A DNA stretch of 63,427 bases, filler included, from Octopus bimaculoides (GCF_001194135.2; 6 parts of 5 records of this genome joined end to end with filler, not necessarily neighbours in it); one strand, 5' to 3'; positions 24,797 through 38,640 are shown, counted from the first letter of the whole stretch. The notes: a model not told the origin generated them from the letters alone. Made by a program: numbers and translations.

Positions 24797-24924
24797 TACC
24801 AGGTGGTCAAAGTGGTCAAAGCTGGAACGTCTTAGGTCATGGTCAGCTTAATCAAGATTGAGTTGTTTTTGCCGAAGTAAGAAAAACAATAACAACAACA
24901 GCGACGACAACAATAACAACATCA

Positions 24925-25150
24925 ACTTTTCCTTGGCAGTATAAAACTTTTTAAAAATAGAGGGGATAAACAAGGACAGACAAAGGGATTAAGTCGATTA
25001 CATCGACCCCGCTGCGTAACTGGTACTTAATTTATCGACTCTGAAAGATTAAGTCGACCTCGGCGGAATTTGAACACAGAACATAACGGCGGACGAAATA
25101 CCGCTTAGCATTTCGCCCGTCGTGCTAACGTTTCTGCAAGTTCGTCGCCT
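24925..25150 (-). mobile_element. SINE family B, full length, young-looking
   Basis: AAGTCGATTACATCGACCCCGCTGCGTAACTGGTACTTAATTTATCGAC...GTCGACCTCGGCGGAATTTGAAC...GCATTTCGCCCGTCGTGCTAACGTTTCTGC; minus-strand head has A/B-box-like motifs. Confidence 0.9.
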
Positions 25151-25189
25151 TAGAATAAGAAAATATTCTAAAAGAAAAAAGATTCTAAA

Positions 25190-25285
25190 AGAAAAGATTC
25201 TATCAGTGAGAGAATGTCCTAACAGAACAGATTCTCTCAGCAAATACTTAGGCAATATCCTAATAGAACGGATTCTCTCAGCAAA
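25190..25285. repeat. Degenerate ~41-bp tandem repeat
   Basis: TCCTAACAGAACAGATTCTCTCAGCAAA (25217) and TCCTAATAGAACGGATTCTCTCAGCAAA (25258), with a partial AGATTCTATCAG unit upstream. Confidence 0.75.
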
Positions 25286-26129
25286 GAATAATATGAGAAG
25301 ACTGTCAAAGAGAATTAAGTCATCAAATTCTTCAATGAAGGGCTGCATGCGAATCGGTTGATAATATATTCCATCGTAGCAAGCTAGGTTACGGAAATTT
25401 ATATTACTTTTTAATTAGCAGAGGAATAGTAAATTAGCAGTTCACTGGCACGTCGTCTTAGTGAATTATAGGGCTGTGATTGAAATGCTCTAAACGAGAT
25501 TGTACAAATGATGAATTTGTAAAGAAGGTGGGGCTGGAAATAATTAGATCAAATAATCTGAAACGAAGATCAATTAGAAGGTCAGTAAAGAAAATAAGAA
25601 AAAAAAAAAAAAACAAGACAGAAACTCCTCCACCACACAACTAATGTCAGGAGATTTATTAGGTGTATCTTAAAAAAAAAAAAATAGAGTTAGTATTATA
25701 GACTTAAAATGATAACAACATTTATACTAAAACAATGAATAAAAGCAAAGTAAAAAATACAAAGTGACTGATAGACCTCGGAAAACAATCAACGAATTTG
25801 AAATCTGCAAATCTGCAAAATGCGAATTGAAATTCGAGCATTATTATTAATTTAATCATCAAGTTCACCGGACCGACCCTTGTATTTAGCAAATACTATT
25901 GATATAAAGCGACCAAACTAATCAACTGTCTCATAACTCATGGCCTATAACTAAGCACTTGAATGACTCAGATAACCATTGCACACACACACACACATAC
26001 ATAACACTATACATATGTGTGTGTGCTTGAGTGTATGTATATGTGTTTATGCGTATATGGCTGTTGAGTATACATATGTATGTATGTACGTATGTATGTA
26101 AGGGATTCTCATTTAGACACAAAGCCACG

Positions 26130-26330
26130 AAGTTTGAGGGAAGGAGGCTAAATCTATATGTTCGATTCCCAGTAGTTAATAGGACTTTATTTGAGCAACC
26201 CTGGGGATTGGGTGTATAAAAGGCAAAGTTGGCTCTGATGGGATTTGAACTCAGAACGTAAAGGGCCGGTGTAAATCCCGCAAGACCTTTCTTCCGAGTC
26301 TCTAGCGATCCTATCAATCCACTGCACTAT
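26130..26330 (-). mobile_element. SINE family B, degenerate
   Basis: AAAAGGCAAAGTTGGCTCTGATGGGATTTGAACTCAGAACGTAAAG. Confidence 0.55.
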
Positions 26331-26511
26331 GTATGTATACAATCATGCTTAAAATGTACTTTTCTATCATTTCGAGTTTTGTTGTCAGATCAGCAGTCGT
26401 TAGATGATGAATTAAGAAACTTCGGATTCTGTATCTTCAAGGAAAAATTTCCAATGCTAATGTTATCGCGTTGGCGTGTAACGCCACAGGACACCGCGTT
26501 ACAAATTTCAA

Positions 26512-26729
26512 GTTACTCTTTTACTCTTTTACTTGTTTCAGTTATTTGACTGCGGCCATGCTGGAGCACCGCCTTTATAGCCGAGCAAATCGATCCCATA
26601 GCTTATTCTTTGTAAGCCTAGTACTTATTCTATCGGTCTCTTTTGCCGAACCGCTAAGTTACGGGGACGTAAACACACCAGCATCGGTTGTCAAGCAATG
26701 CTGGGGGAGGGGACAAACAGACACACAAG

Positions 26730-26775
<46 letters not shown>

Positions 26776-26939
26776 CGACGGGCTTCTTCCAGTTTCCGTC
26801 TACCAAATCCACTCACAAGGCTTTGGTCGGCCCGAGGCTATAGTAGAACACACTTGCCCAAGGTACCACGCAGTGGAAATGAACCCGGAACAATGTGGTT
26901 GGTAAGCAAGCTACTTACCACACAGCCACTCCAGCGTCT
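26512..26939 (-). mobile_element. SINE family A, full length, well preserved
   Basis: Complete head-to-tail match, with an internal (TA)n expansion at 26740-26772. Confidence 0.92.
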
Positions 26940-29290
26940 ATAAGTTGATCATATTGTTTCCATCTGTTATCTCGATCTATTGTTATGTTGGTTACCAGGT
27001 GTTACTTATTTTCATGATAGAATTTTGATATTATATTGCAACTATCAAAACATTTTGTTAATTACTCTGTAGTACATAATTGGCATGGCTCTCTTGATAC
27101 ATTACGTCGGATGATTATCCAGTAATATTGAAATATTTAATACATTGTTCTATTAATTACCATGTATAACTCCATATAAATGAAACTCTCCAAAGTAAAT
27201 TTGGAATTCTGTAAACGACGCTGCCTTTAATCATACAGATATAATATTTTTTGTATTTGACGCCACCCATCGGGGATTTTATTTTCGTCTTTTAGACAAT
27301 AGCATTAATTATAAATTTTCTATCTTTAAATTACACTCGTCATTTGAGTTGTTATACAAACTGGCACCGCTTGGTTTACTCATTATAATGCTGTCGATAT
27401 TGTTTACACAACTGCAGCTGGTCTAAACGCTAGTTTTGTTAAACAATTTGCTGTACATCTGATTGGCCAGGAAAACGTTTTCCTTTAATTAACGTCAAGA
27501 AATTTTTGCTGTATTTGATTTCCCATTTTGTTTCTAAAAAGCAGGTTAAACCAGATGATATTCCGGGTTCCGTATTCATTCCCTTATTTTCCTAACATTA
27601 TTAAACATTACCTACAACATTGCCACAGTCCCCACTACTATTGATATTGCCCTTGTCACTACAACCACTATGACTACTACACTGTTACTACTATTTCCTC
27701 TGACGCCAACACAACTACTGATACTCCAGGCTAAGATTATACTTGGTGATCTCCGTTTTTTTTTATAATATATAATTCGTAAGCTGTTTGTTCCGCTGTA
27801 GATGGGCGGTTCTCTTGCAATGTAAAGAATTAATAAATTAGTAATTCTCTCTTCGCACTGTAAGAAACCTTTCATATTATTTCTTTATTTGTTTATGTAT
27901 ATATTTGTATATTGCTATATTTGCGGACGGTCATTTTGCCAATAAACACACGCATTGTTTGACTTTCACTCCAGCATCATTATTATTAGTTATTGATTAT
28001 TTCGTCAAAGCTCTTTCGTCGCATATTCTGTGACCTCCTCAATGAGTATTTGTTCTTCCCTGTGTCACATCTTCTGTCTGACCGTATTCTATTTATTACA
28101 TCTTGTGGTACGTATTCTTATCTGCGCATGCATTTGCATCTGTGCCTGTGTGCGTGCTTATTGTGCGTACGCGTGTCTTGTGTGCATACGTATGGGTTTG
28201 TATACCGTACTGTTTGTAGTTGTGTCTCTCTTTCTCTTTTGCTTTGCTCTGATTTGTCTTCAGTCGTTAGGTTGTGCGGTAGGAGTGTTACAATTCCATT
28301 CGTGTTTTCTGTTTGGGCTCGGTCTACTTACTATTATTAAGAGAGCAAACGATAGACTCAGCTACAAATGGTACAATATGCAAATCCCCCCGCCCCATAC
28401 ACACTAGACACACATACACATGCTAAACACATAGACACACTCATATGAACAGATGCAAACGAATGAGCAGACAAGGATACCTACCACAGAAAACTAAGAT
28501 GGAGTAAACAGAATAAGGCTAGAAAGAAGAGGAGACACAGTAAAAAGGAACGAATAGCCATTAAAGAGATCACATATGTGACGAAAGAGCTTCGACAAAA
28601 ATCAATAACCATTAATAGTAAAACTGAAATGAAACTGCATATGCTTATTGGCAAAATTATCGTCCTCAAATATATCAAATCTTGGGAATCCAATCAGAAC
28701 GTCTAATGACGGTTGTATGTGATAGGACACTAGGGATGTGGTGCCTGAGGACTCTTCTCATCCAACCCATTCAAGAATAATTGACGGAGAAAATGGGCGG
28801 ATGGACAGAAACACAAAATGGCTTATGATATAACTGGTAGTTTCAAAACTACAGTTCCAGACTACAGTTAAAGATATTTCCATAATAACTTTCACCAGTA
28901 TTAATTAATCCATTTTATGTCCTTGATGTATATTCAAAATATTGAAAAACGGATATGAATAAGATTTTGTTAATTTGGACTCTGTAAATCAAAAGAAAAA
29001 TTAACAGAATTTATGTAACTCGATGAATTTTCATTGAAATATACTTCAAATGCTACACTTATTAGAACTTTATTTCTTATTAAAACTTCTATGTTCTTTT
29101 CAAAGCCACAACTTTGTACTTCTAAAACAAAAAAAACAAAAACAAAAAAAAAAAAACACGAGCGAAGAATCAAAACAAAACGAAAAATCAAAAAAACCCA
29201 CTTAAGCTTAATTTAATTCAATTATTTATGTATATATATATATATANNNNNNNNNNNNNNNNNNNNNNNNNNNNNNNNNNNNNNNNNNNN

Positions 29291-29302
29291 TTAATTAATT
29301 AA
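29291..29302. other. Assembly spacer TTAATTAATTAA (44N + 12 + 44N); also at 47623, 54764, 59417 and 61176
   Basis: The same 12-mer, with stops in all six frames, sits in the middle of 100-bp N gaps five times; it is a scaffolding artefact. Confidence 0.95.
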
Positions 29303-29382
29303 NNNNNNNNNNNNNNNNNNNNNNNNNNNNNNNNNNNNNNNNNNNNTATATATATATACACACATACATATGCATGTGTTTA

Positions 29383-29424
<42 letters not shown>

Positions 29425-29518
29425 TCATATACATGTATATCATCATGTGTGTGTGCGTGTATGTGCCTATATATGTAAATGCAGATAGATAGATAGATAA
29501 ATAGATAGATAGATAGAT

Positions 29519-29569
<51 letters not shown>

Positions 29570-29724
29570 TTCATACACATATCATTTACAACGAACAAGA
29601 CAACTAAGTACAAGATATATGGTGTACAGTAAAACTATATTCAAGTGATGTCTCTCGCTGCTACTTCAAGTTTCACGATTACACGATCAATTAGATGACC
29701 AATGCAGTCGTCTCATCAAATATT

Positions 29725-30103
29725 TATGTTTTCTCTGTTTCAGTCATTAGACTGCGGAAATGCTGGAGAACTACCTTGAACAATTTTTTTTTAGTCGAAA
29801 GAATCGCCCCCAGTACTTTATATATGAGCCTGATACTTATTCCATCACTTTGCTTTGCCGAAACGCTAGGTAACGGTAAACACTCTAACATCGGTTGTCA
29901 AGCAGTGGTAGTGGTGATGGGGGTAAACACAGACACAAAGGCATACACACATAGATACATATATATATGACGGGCTTCTTTCAGTTTCCATCTACCAAAT
30001 CCACTCGCAAAGCTTTGGTCGGCCCGAGGCTACAGTAGCAGACACTTGCCCAAGGTACCTTGCAGTGGGACTAAACTCGGAACCATGTGGTTGGGAAGCG
30101 AAT
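29725..30103 (-). mobile_element. SINE family A, near full length
   Basis: TGTTTCAGTCATTAGACTGCGG...GACGGGCTTCTTTCAGTTTCCATCTACCAAATCCACTCGC...CCATGTGGTTGGGAAGC. Confidence 0.85.
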
Positions 30104-30739
30104 CGGAATATGCATGTATGTACGTATGTATGTATGTATGTATGTATGTATGTATGTATGTATGTATGTACAGAGTATGACATTAAAATTCCTCCGACGG
30201 AGAGGCTTCATTGTGGGAGTCCCGGAGAGTGGGGAGAGTGGTGGAACCCTTTCATTATCATTACTCCTAGGTCCGTTCTGACCCGGAATGGTAGTACTTG
30301 TCAGGTTAATAATTAAGGGTTAAATAGATTTCTCAGGGGTTGAGGAGGCTCCCATAGGGAACGCAACTCATATAGGAAAAAGAGACTCTGAAATTTTGCA
30401 GTCAAAATAGTACCAGTCACCATAGAATGCTTGTCACTGGAACCTACTCTGGCGACTGAGAAAATGGAGAAATTGTACAAGCTTTTGTCAGGTGTCTCAC
30501 TATCATTTTATTCCTAGATTTATTTTGCATATTTGATAGTCCTATGGCGACGGTGTGTGGTGAAGTATAATGTCAAAACCGCACACATGCAATGATGAAA
30601 GTAAATCAGATCAGGCTCAAAGTGAGACGGCTATCATCTGACAAGATGAAGCAATCGTTTATTTATTTATTTATTTATTCATTTATGTGTGTATGAATAT
30701 AAGCTCAGTGTATGTTGAGGCGTTTCAAATTTATTCTTA

Positions 30740-30823
30740 TACAAGCCCAGATCCTATACTCAAATGAAAATCAACATTACGTTTTAAAATGTATTGAGTT
30801 CTTTATTGAATATGGGGCTTGTA
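30740..30823. repeat. 84-bp TA-flanked imperfect inverted repeat (possible mini-MITE)
   Basis: TACAAGCCC ... GGGCTTGTA ends, plus inner CTCAA/TTGAG. Confidence 0.35.
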
Positions 30824-30946
30824 TTGTCATGCAAAACAACTTTACGAGGGAACTCAAATTGCGAATGCACTCCTTCCTTTTGTAAACTGCACTTGATACG
30901 AGCTTGTGTTCTTTGTATTCATCACTGTTTTCTGGGCTAAGGTGCA

Positions 30947-31252
30947 TGTCCAAGTGTTTTCTATTATAGCCCCGGGCCGACCAAAGACTTGTGAGTGGAT
31001 TTGGTAGACGGAAGCTGAAAGAAACCTGTCATATATATGTATACACCTACGTGTTGAAACTGTGTTGGCGTTTGTCCCCCATCACTACTTAACAACCGGT
31101 GCTGGTTTGTTTCTGTCCCCGTGACTTGGCAGTTTGACCAAAGGAACCGGCAGAATAAGTACCAGGCCTTAAAAAAATAAGTACTAGGGTCGATTCGTTC
31201 GACTAAAACCCTTCAAGGCGATGCCCAGGGATGGCCACAATGCAATGACTGA

Positions 31253-31257
<5 letters not shown>
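30947..31257 (+). mobile_element. SINE family A, 5'-truncated
   Basis: TATAGCCCCGGGCCGACCAAAGACTTGTGAGTGGATTTGGTAGACGGAAGCTGAAAGAA...AATGACTGAAAC. Confidence 0.85.
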
Positions 31258-31303
<46 letters not shown>

Positions 31304-32079
31304 TGTGTGTGTGTGTGTGTGTATGTGTGTGTGTATATTTGCGTATGTCTGTGTACATATATGTAAGTAAATACGTATGTATGTACATGATCACAAGGAT
31401 GACGTATATATTTTACCGGTTTTCACGTGTAGTCGAAGAGTGTACATAGATATACTATTATATACGTATATACGCATGAAACATTTATACATATATGAAC
31501 AAAAACGTGCGCACACACACACATTATGAACGCATGTATCTATATATGCATATAAATATATACGTATACACACAGAGCGAGAGATAAAGAGTAGTAGTAG
31601 TAGTAGTAGTAGTAGCATATTAACAAAGACCTAGTTAATATTAACAGAGTCCTAGTTAAATAGCACACAGCGCATACTATTCCCACCCATTCTTACAATA
31701 CCATACATATACATGTATACGTGTACAAAAACATGTGACGGTTTATATACAATGCTAGAACATGTACTCGCGCAATGTTGGGTTGGACAAGTGAACTTCT
31801 ACACACTCGTAAATACTCGAATATATATATATAGAACTGTGTGTTAAAAGTCTTTTTTTTTATGAGAAAGCTAGTACTTTATATAGATGTACGGACAATA
31901 ACAAACTGCATACGTGTATAGTTATTGTTCAACATTAGGCTATCTTTTTTATTCAGCAAGACATATGTTCAAAGGCTTTTACTTCTGCTTCAAAATCTAG
32001 GACTAGTTTATCTTGTTTCAAGTTTTAATTAAGGGTGTGTTTTGAGACGGATATCGCTGTAATTTCTGGCATATCGAGA

Positions 32080-32440
<361 letters not shown>

Positions 32441-33665
32441 CATAAAACATCTCAGGAGATCACTACACGTACATTCATGTAGATTTGACACTGTACACAC
32501 TATGTACACGGAATATCTTGAAGCACATACTGCAAGGCGGTATGTGTATCAAGTGTATAACGTTAAGACCTCAATAGATGACCACATATGTACATCATGT
32601 ATATGAATAGTACACAAGTACACATTACATTATTTGTACGCATCCGATACTAAGGGAAAGAGAAAAATAGAGAGAGTGCGATAGATCTAAGACAGAAACA
32701 TACACACACACACACACATTTACACACAAACATGTGACTATCCATGAAACGTGTATTTAAATGTTGAGTGTATGCATATTGCATATCTTACCGAGCATAT
32801 ATGAATGAAAAAATAAACGATATATATATATATATGTATGTGTGTTTGTGTGTGTGTAATTATTCTTGTACCAAACCTACACAGCCTCATATAAGCACAA
32901 ATACATAATTGAACATTTAGACACGAAAGCAAACAAATATATACAAAGTTTTTCCATAAGTGAACCAGTATTTAAACGTGCCTTCTATTAGTAAACCCGA
33001 CGGACATTTTGGACACACGGTATTTGCATGTTAATGACATACGACAGATGTACACCATACGCCAACATACACGTAATATACACCCTAACTCTATAATATA
33101 TGTATGAGTATGCACGTGAATGTGTGTATGTGCGCGCGAGTCTGTGTGTGTGTGTGTGTGTGTGTGTACATGTGTAATGTGTGTGAGTATGTGTATGCAT
33201 GAAATAATAGAGAGATAATCGTATCTTGTATTACGTTTGTATGTGTGCCTGTGTAGGGTACGTGTACGTGTTTTCATGGTAAAAATAAAAATAGAAAAAA
33301 CAACATAGACATTTACATAAATCCTATAAGCACAAACACACATCTAGTTAGCACATATAGATACACACATATTTGAACGTATTTAGATAACAAAATGCAT
33401 AAAGGATGGAAATACCCAGCCATTACATCATTATCAAATAAAATAGAATATACCTAAAATCACGTTATCCATCTGTCCTCTTTTTGAAGGCAGTAGAGTG
33501 TGATTTGAGAGGCATCAGACTACTATTTTTAGTATATGGCTTGCCAAGACTGATGCACCCGCGGATGGAAAAAAACAAAAACAAATAATAGGAGAGAGAG
33601 AGAAAGAGAGAGAGTAAAAAGGATGAAGAGACGAAGTTAAACAGAAATACAGGTACATATAAACA

Positions 33666-33754
<89 letters not shown>

Positions 33755-34153
33755 CACATATAGAGAGCGGAGTGACAGACAGACGGAGTGGGCGAGGGAA
33801 TGAGAAAGAGTGGGAGAAGGAAAAGAGAGCGACAGACAGGCACAGAGAAAGACGGCCATAGAAAAAGAGAGAGTGATAGTTTAGCAAAGAAAGTGCTGCA
33901 ACAGCAGCAGTCAACGTGTATTCCACTAATGGTGCAGCTAACATTACAGTGCAGAAAACACCACCACCAAGGTAGCTTAAAAGTGCACATGTGAATGCGT
34001 GCACCAGTCTTCTGCACTTCCTTCTAAGCAAACGTTAATATCTCAATGTTTACGGGTGAGGAAAGGTGGAAGCCTTGCACACTGAGCGTATAAGTGCGTC
34101 ATAAGTGTGACTGTGTGTATGTGTGTATACACACATTATACATACATACACAC

Positions 34154-34208
<55 letters not shown>

Positions 34209-34767
34209 CATATATACATACATACACACACGTGCATGTGTGTATTTGTGTGCATTATTGACCGTAAGTTTCAACCACTGACTAAAACTCGAAGTCACAA
34301 TATATATANNNNNNNNNNNNNNNNNNNNNNNNNNNNNNNNNNNNNNNNNNNNNNNNNNNNNNNNNNNNNNNNNNNNNNNNNNNNNNNNNNNNNNNNNNNN
34401 NNNNNNNNNNNNNNNNNNNNNNNNNNNNNNNNNNNNNNNNNNNNNNNNNNNNNNNNNNNNNNNNNNNNNNNNNATATATATATATATATATATAAATGAA
34501 TATATGAACCACTTCAATAGATATTGATTCTTTTTTCTTTATTCAGTCAGTATGCGATAAAATTATATGTATATACATAGTGAATATGTTTGCGTCCGTG
34601 CGTGCGTATGTACGAGTGAGTGTGTGGTGTCCGACTGTATGACATTCGTATATAGTATGTGTTTGTATATGAGCGTCTGTGCGGGTGTGTAAGTTTATAT
34701 GTGTATAAGGGTATGTCTATATGTGAGAGAATATATAAGTGTACACACACACACTCATATGGACACA

Positions 34768-35030
34768 TGTCATTTTCTATAGCTTCGTGTCAAACCATAC
34801 ATCGAAAGTCAAACTGGGTTGACGGAAACTGTATCGAACCCCGTCGAGTCGACTTATCCTTCAGTTCAAAAGATAATACTCTGTCGCACACTAAATCAAG
34901 GTGATTCTATCTTCGAATTATGCGAAGGGTGCACGTGTCTGCAGAATGCTCAGCAACTTACACGTTAATTCAAGAGCAGATAATTCGGTTCATTGAACAA
35001 CTCAATCCTCATCGAGAACCGACGGAGATC
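34768..35030 (+). mobile_element. SINE family C body and tail
   Basis: GTTGACGGAAACTGT followed by AAGGGTGCACGTGTCTGCAGAATGCTCAGCAACTTACACGTTAATTCAAGAGCAG...AACCGACGGAG; aligns with the tail of 4400-4735. Confidence 0.6.
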
Positions 35031-35431
35031 CACCATCATTCGCGCGTGCGCACACACATGTATGTATGTATGTATGTATGTATGTATTATTTTATAGGTA
35101 GACGCGAAAGTGTGTGGTTAAGAAGGTAGCTTCTGATTATGTGATCTTTAAGTTCTATTCCACTATGCTCATAGAATTTTTCAACAAGTAGACCAAAGCC
35201 GCAAGAATAGTTGGCTTGATTCGTTTCTTCGCTTAAAGGCATAAACATCGAGCCATTCGCGGGGTGTACTCGGCTGGAAGAATTCGGATCGGGTATCAGA
35301 TTTGAGAGTAACATCCTCTCGTCATCCAGCTAGACATGGAGTTACTGAAATGGGTCAGGGTCGTAGCCGTCACTTTCCTATTTTCGTTAAGACACGTAAT
35401 AGCATACGTATACGTGTGTATCTGTGATGCT

Positions 35432-35471
<40 letters not shown>

Positions 35472-35837
35472 TTACATATATACATACATTAAATATACAC
35501 ATATAGTTATATATGACTAAACGTATGTGCATATACAAATATAAACATATGTATGCAATTATATATATATATAAAAGCGACAAATGCGTAAATATACATA
35601 AACATAGGTTTACTTTCAGCTATCTATATGTATGTATGCATACATATACGTATACATAAGCATAGTATATATAAACAGATTTATGTGTGTGTGTGTGTAC
35701 AAATACGTAAATATAAACAGAGATTTACTTTATATATAGTAAATAAAATAAAAAGATGAACAAACACAAAAAACAACAACGGGAGGACGTGGTACATGTA
35801 AAGTAATAGCAGATGCTCAGGGAAAGAAAGAAAGCTG

Positions 35838-35872
35838 GTTCAACGTTTCGAGCAATGCTCTTCTTCAGAAAC
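35838..35872 (-). ncRNA. Minimal type I hammerhead-ribozyme-like motif, core intact
   Basis: GUUU-CUGAAGA-A-GAGC(AUU)GCUC-GAAA-CG-UU-GAAC: canonical CUGANGA and GAAA, paired stems I and II, self-complementary AACGUU in place of helix III. Confidence 0.65.
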
Positions 35873-36025
35873 AGGGGAAAGTCCAGTAGAAAGGAAGATG
35901 GAGGAAGAAAATCGCCAACGATTCACATGTGGTTACATTTGGAAGTATATATATATGTATATATACACACACACAAATATATATGTATATATATGATATG
36001 CGAATACAGTATTAAATGAAATACA

Positions 36026-36058
36026 TAACCGTTTCGGACAACAGTCCTTCTTCAGTTA
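36026..36058 (-). ncRNA. Second hammerhead-like core, partly degenerate
   Basis: CUGAAGA-A-GGAC(UGUU)GUCC-GAAAC-GGUUA; core and stem II intact, cleavage site and stem I register unclear. Confidence 0.45.
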
Positions 36059-36908
36059 GAAAATGGGAGGGAACGAGGGATAAAACAGAATCAGTGAGTA
36101 TGTGAAAAAAAACCCCAGAAAAAAAAACATTTATAAATATTTTGAAAGAAAGCAGACGAGGGAATGCGAAAGGCCATAATCTAGAGGGTGGAATGCTGTT
36201 CTATGAGATGTCAAAAAGGAGAATGGAGTTGGATGTCTGAGTATGCGAAAATACGCACACACACACACACACACATAACTAAACTGTAACTACATGTGTG
36301 TATGTGTGTGTAAATATTGATGTATATATATATATATATATATATATGCATATACACACACTATGTACATGTATATAAATGAACATACATAGGTATAAAA
36401 ATTTATAGGCCTCACACACACACATAAACACCCAGATAGGTATAGAGGTATTTATATATGCATGCAAGTATAAATGTACGTACATATGCGTGTGCGTATG
36501 AATACTTCATATACATGTGTATATATTCACTTGTATATACATATATAAATATACATATATGTACATATGTATATATACACACAAGCACACACCTTTGTCT
36601 AAATATATACATATGTGAGTATATTATAAGCGCGCGCGTTTGAATGTTTGTATATACACACACATATACATATCAATAGAAGCTATTATTTTTGTAGATG
36701 GTTTAGCCATGAGACTGCCACTACAATGTATCACTGACTTCAAAATTTTATTCGATGCTATTGACCTTAGTCGATATTTTAGTTGTGGTGTTTATTTTGT
36801 CAGTCGATTTCGCCGATCTTCTCAGTTCGTGAGATGTAAACAAACAAACACCAGCCTTTTAAGCAGTTCCCAGACAAATTCAAAGTCGGAAAGACACCTG
36901 CTTACATA

Positions 36909-37037
<129 letters not shown>

Positions 37038-37054
37038 ATATATATATATTATAC

Positions 37055-37153
37055 ACGCAAGAGTGACCGTGTGGTAAGTAGCTTGATTACCAACCACATG
37101 GTTCCGGGTTCAGTTCCACTGCATGGCACTCGGGCTATAGTAGAAGGCACGTC

Positions 37154-37193
<40 letters not shown>

Positions 37194-37395
37194 TGTGTGT
37201 GTGTGTCCATCATCGCTTGACAACCGATACTGGGTGTTTACGTCCCCGTAACTTAGTGGTTCAGCTAAAGAGACCAATAGAATAAGTACTAAGATTACAA
37301 AGAATAAGTCCAGGGGTCAATTTCTTTGACTAAAACGCGGTGCTCCAGCATGGCCGCAGTCAAATGACTGAAACAAGTAAAAGAATAAAAGAATA
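37055..37395 (+). mobile_element. SINE family A with internal deletion and (TG)n
   Basis: GTGTGGTAAGTAGCTTG...GGGTTCAGTTCCACTGC head and GGTGCTCCAGCATGGCCGCAGTCAAATGACTGAAACAAGTAAAAGAATAAAAGAATA tail. Confidence 0.9.
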
Positions 37396-37424
37396 CACAT
37401 TCATACATATAGAGATAGATAGAT

Positions 37425-37455
<31 letters not shown>

Positions 37456-37699
37456 GAGAGAGAGAGAGAGGCAGACAGACAGAGACAATTGGTCAATGTA
37501 AGACTACCGTACATGACATGCCCAACGTGGTCGACGAGCGAAGTTCTTAAACATATAGCTATGTTTGCATGCATTTACATACACATGCATATACTAAGTG
37601 TTTATTTTCACACACACTCACACAATACATATGTCACACATACACAAATATATAAGGAACATATATTTAGATGCAGAGATTATATAATTACCAGCCACT

Positions 37700-38640
37700 A
37701 ACCTATAGAGTGGCCTTGGGGAAAACATTGAAGAACCTGAACGTCTCCAACTGGTTTTCTTTGTGTTTCAAAGAGACTTTGTGACAACCTGGTGGAGAAA
37801 AAACTTGAAAGCTTCAACCTTTTCACTGAATATGTACACGACTGCTGGGTCGATGGAAATCATCGTGATAATTACTCTCTTGGATCAGAAGCAGTTCCTT
37901 TTGAGAGCTCACCAGACTGTAAACGCATCCCAAATAAAAAGAAAAAAGATGTTTTTTATCGTGGTATGCACGACTGGTCAGGCCAAGTTACGACGAATGA
38001 GATTCAGTGACATGCATATAACCCGTGACGCTTCTATAACTATTTCAAAGCTTCTGACTCATCCACCATGTTAAGAACATACGGACCCACACTATTGACA
38101 TCGCCTTTGAAATATGGGCGAAGCATTTCCCCAGTATCCTGAACCACCTCCCTGCCGTGAAAGGGGCAGAAAAAGGTCGCTTGCCACAAACAAGGATCAA
38201 CATGTCACTTGCTGAACTTCCTAACAAAGACGAGGTCAAGTAGACCACAGGCGTTCTATCCAATAACTAGACCCACTTGACATGACGCCATTCCAGCCGA
38301 GATCTACAAGACTGACGATCTCCATTTTGTCTCAAGGCTAACCGAGCGCTTCTTCTCTCAATATAGAGCCAGGCTTCTATGGAAGTTCAGGGTCAACCCA
38401 ACAGTCCATCTTTACAAGAACGGAAACCGTCAGTGCTGTGGCAACTTTCTAGAATATATCTATGCCGTTAATCGCTCGGTAGATCCTCTCCCGAGTAATA
38501 CTGAACTAGCTAATTTATATTTTGAATATGATCTTTTGCCTGAGTGTCTGTACGGTTTTCGAGAGGACCGCCCGCAATCCAGTCGACATGGTGCATACAA
38601 CACGCCAACTTCTGAAATATCTTGATGGTGATCTATCTGG
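37700..38640 (+). mobile_element. RTE (BovB-like) LINE internal fragment, endonuclease-RT linker to RT start, decayed
   Basis: Across frameshifts: HDCWVDGN..LDQKQFLLRAHQ..QAKLRRM; WAKHFPSILN..RLPQTRINMSLAELPNKDEVK; DAIPAEIYK; VHLYKNGNRQCC; LLPECLYGFR; VDMVHTTRQL. These follow RTE ORF motifs HQDWFDEN, WAEHF, DGIPAEIYK, LPESQCGFR in order. Confidence 0.85.

Noticed and set aside
25190-25285. CRISPR-like repeat-spacer pattern
   Set aside because: Only two to three degenerate units with 13-nt spacers, eukaryotic context, no cas genes.
29247-29346. Recurrent TTAATTAATTAA palindrome (PacI-like) as a biological repeat
   Set aside because: Always centred in exactly 44N+12+44N; an assembly spacer.
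33880-33975. Short possible exon (SKESAATAAVNVYSTNGAANITVQKTPPP)
   Set aside because: Weak splice signals, low complexity and no recognisable homology.
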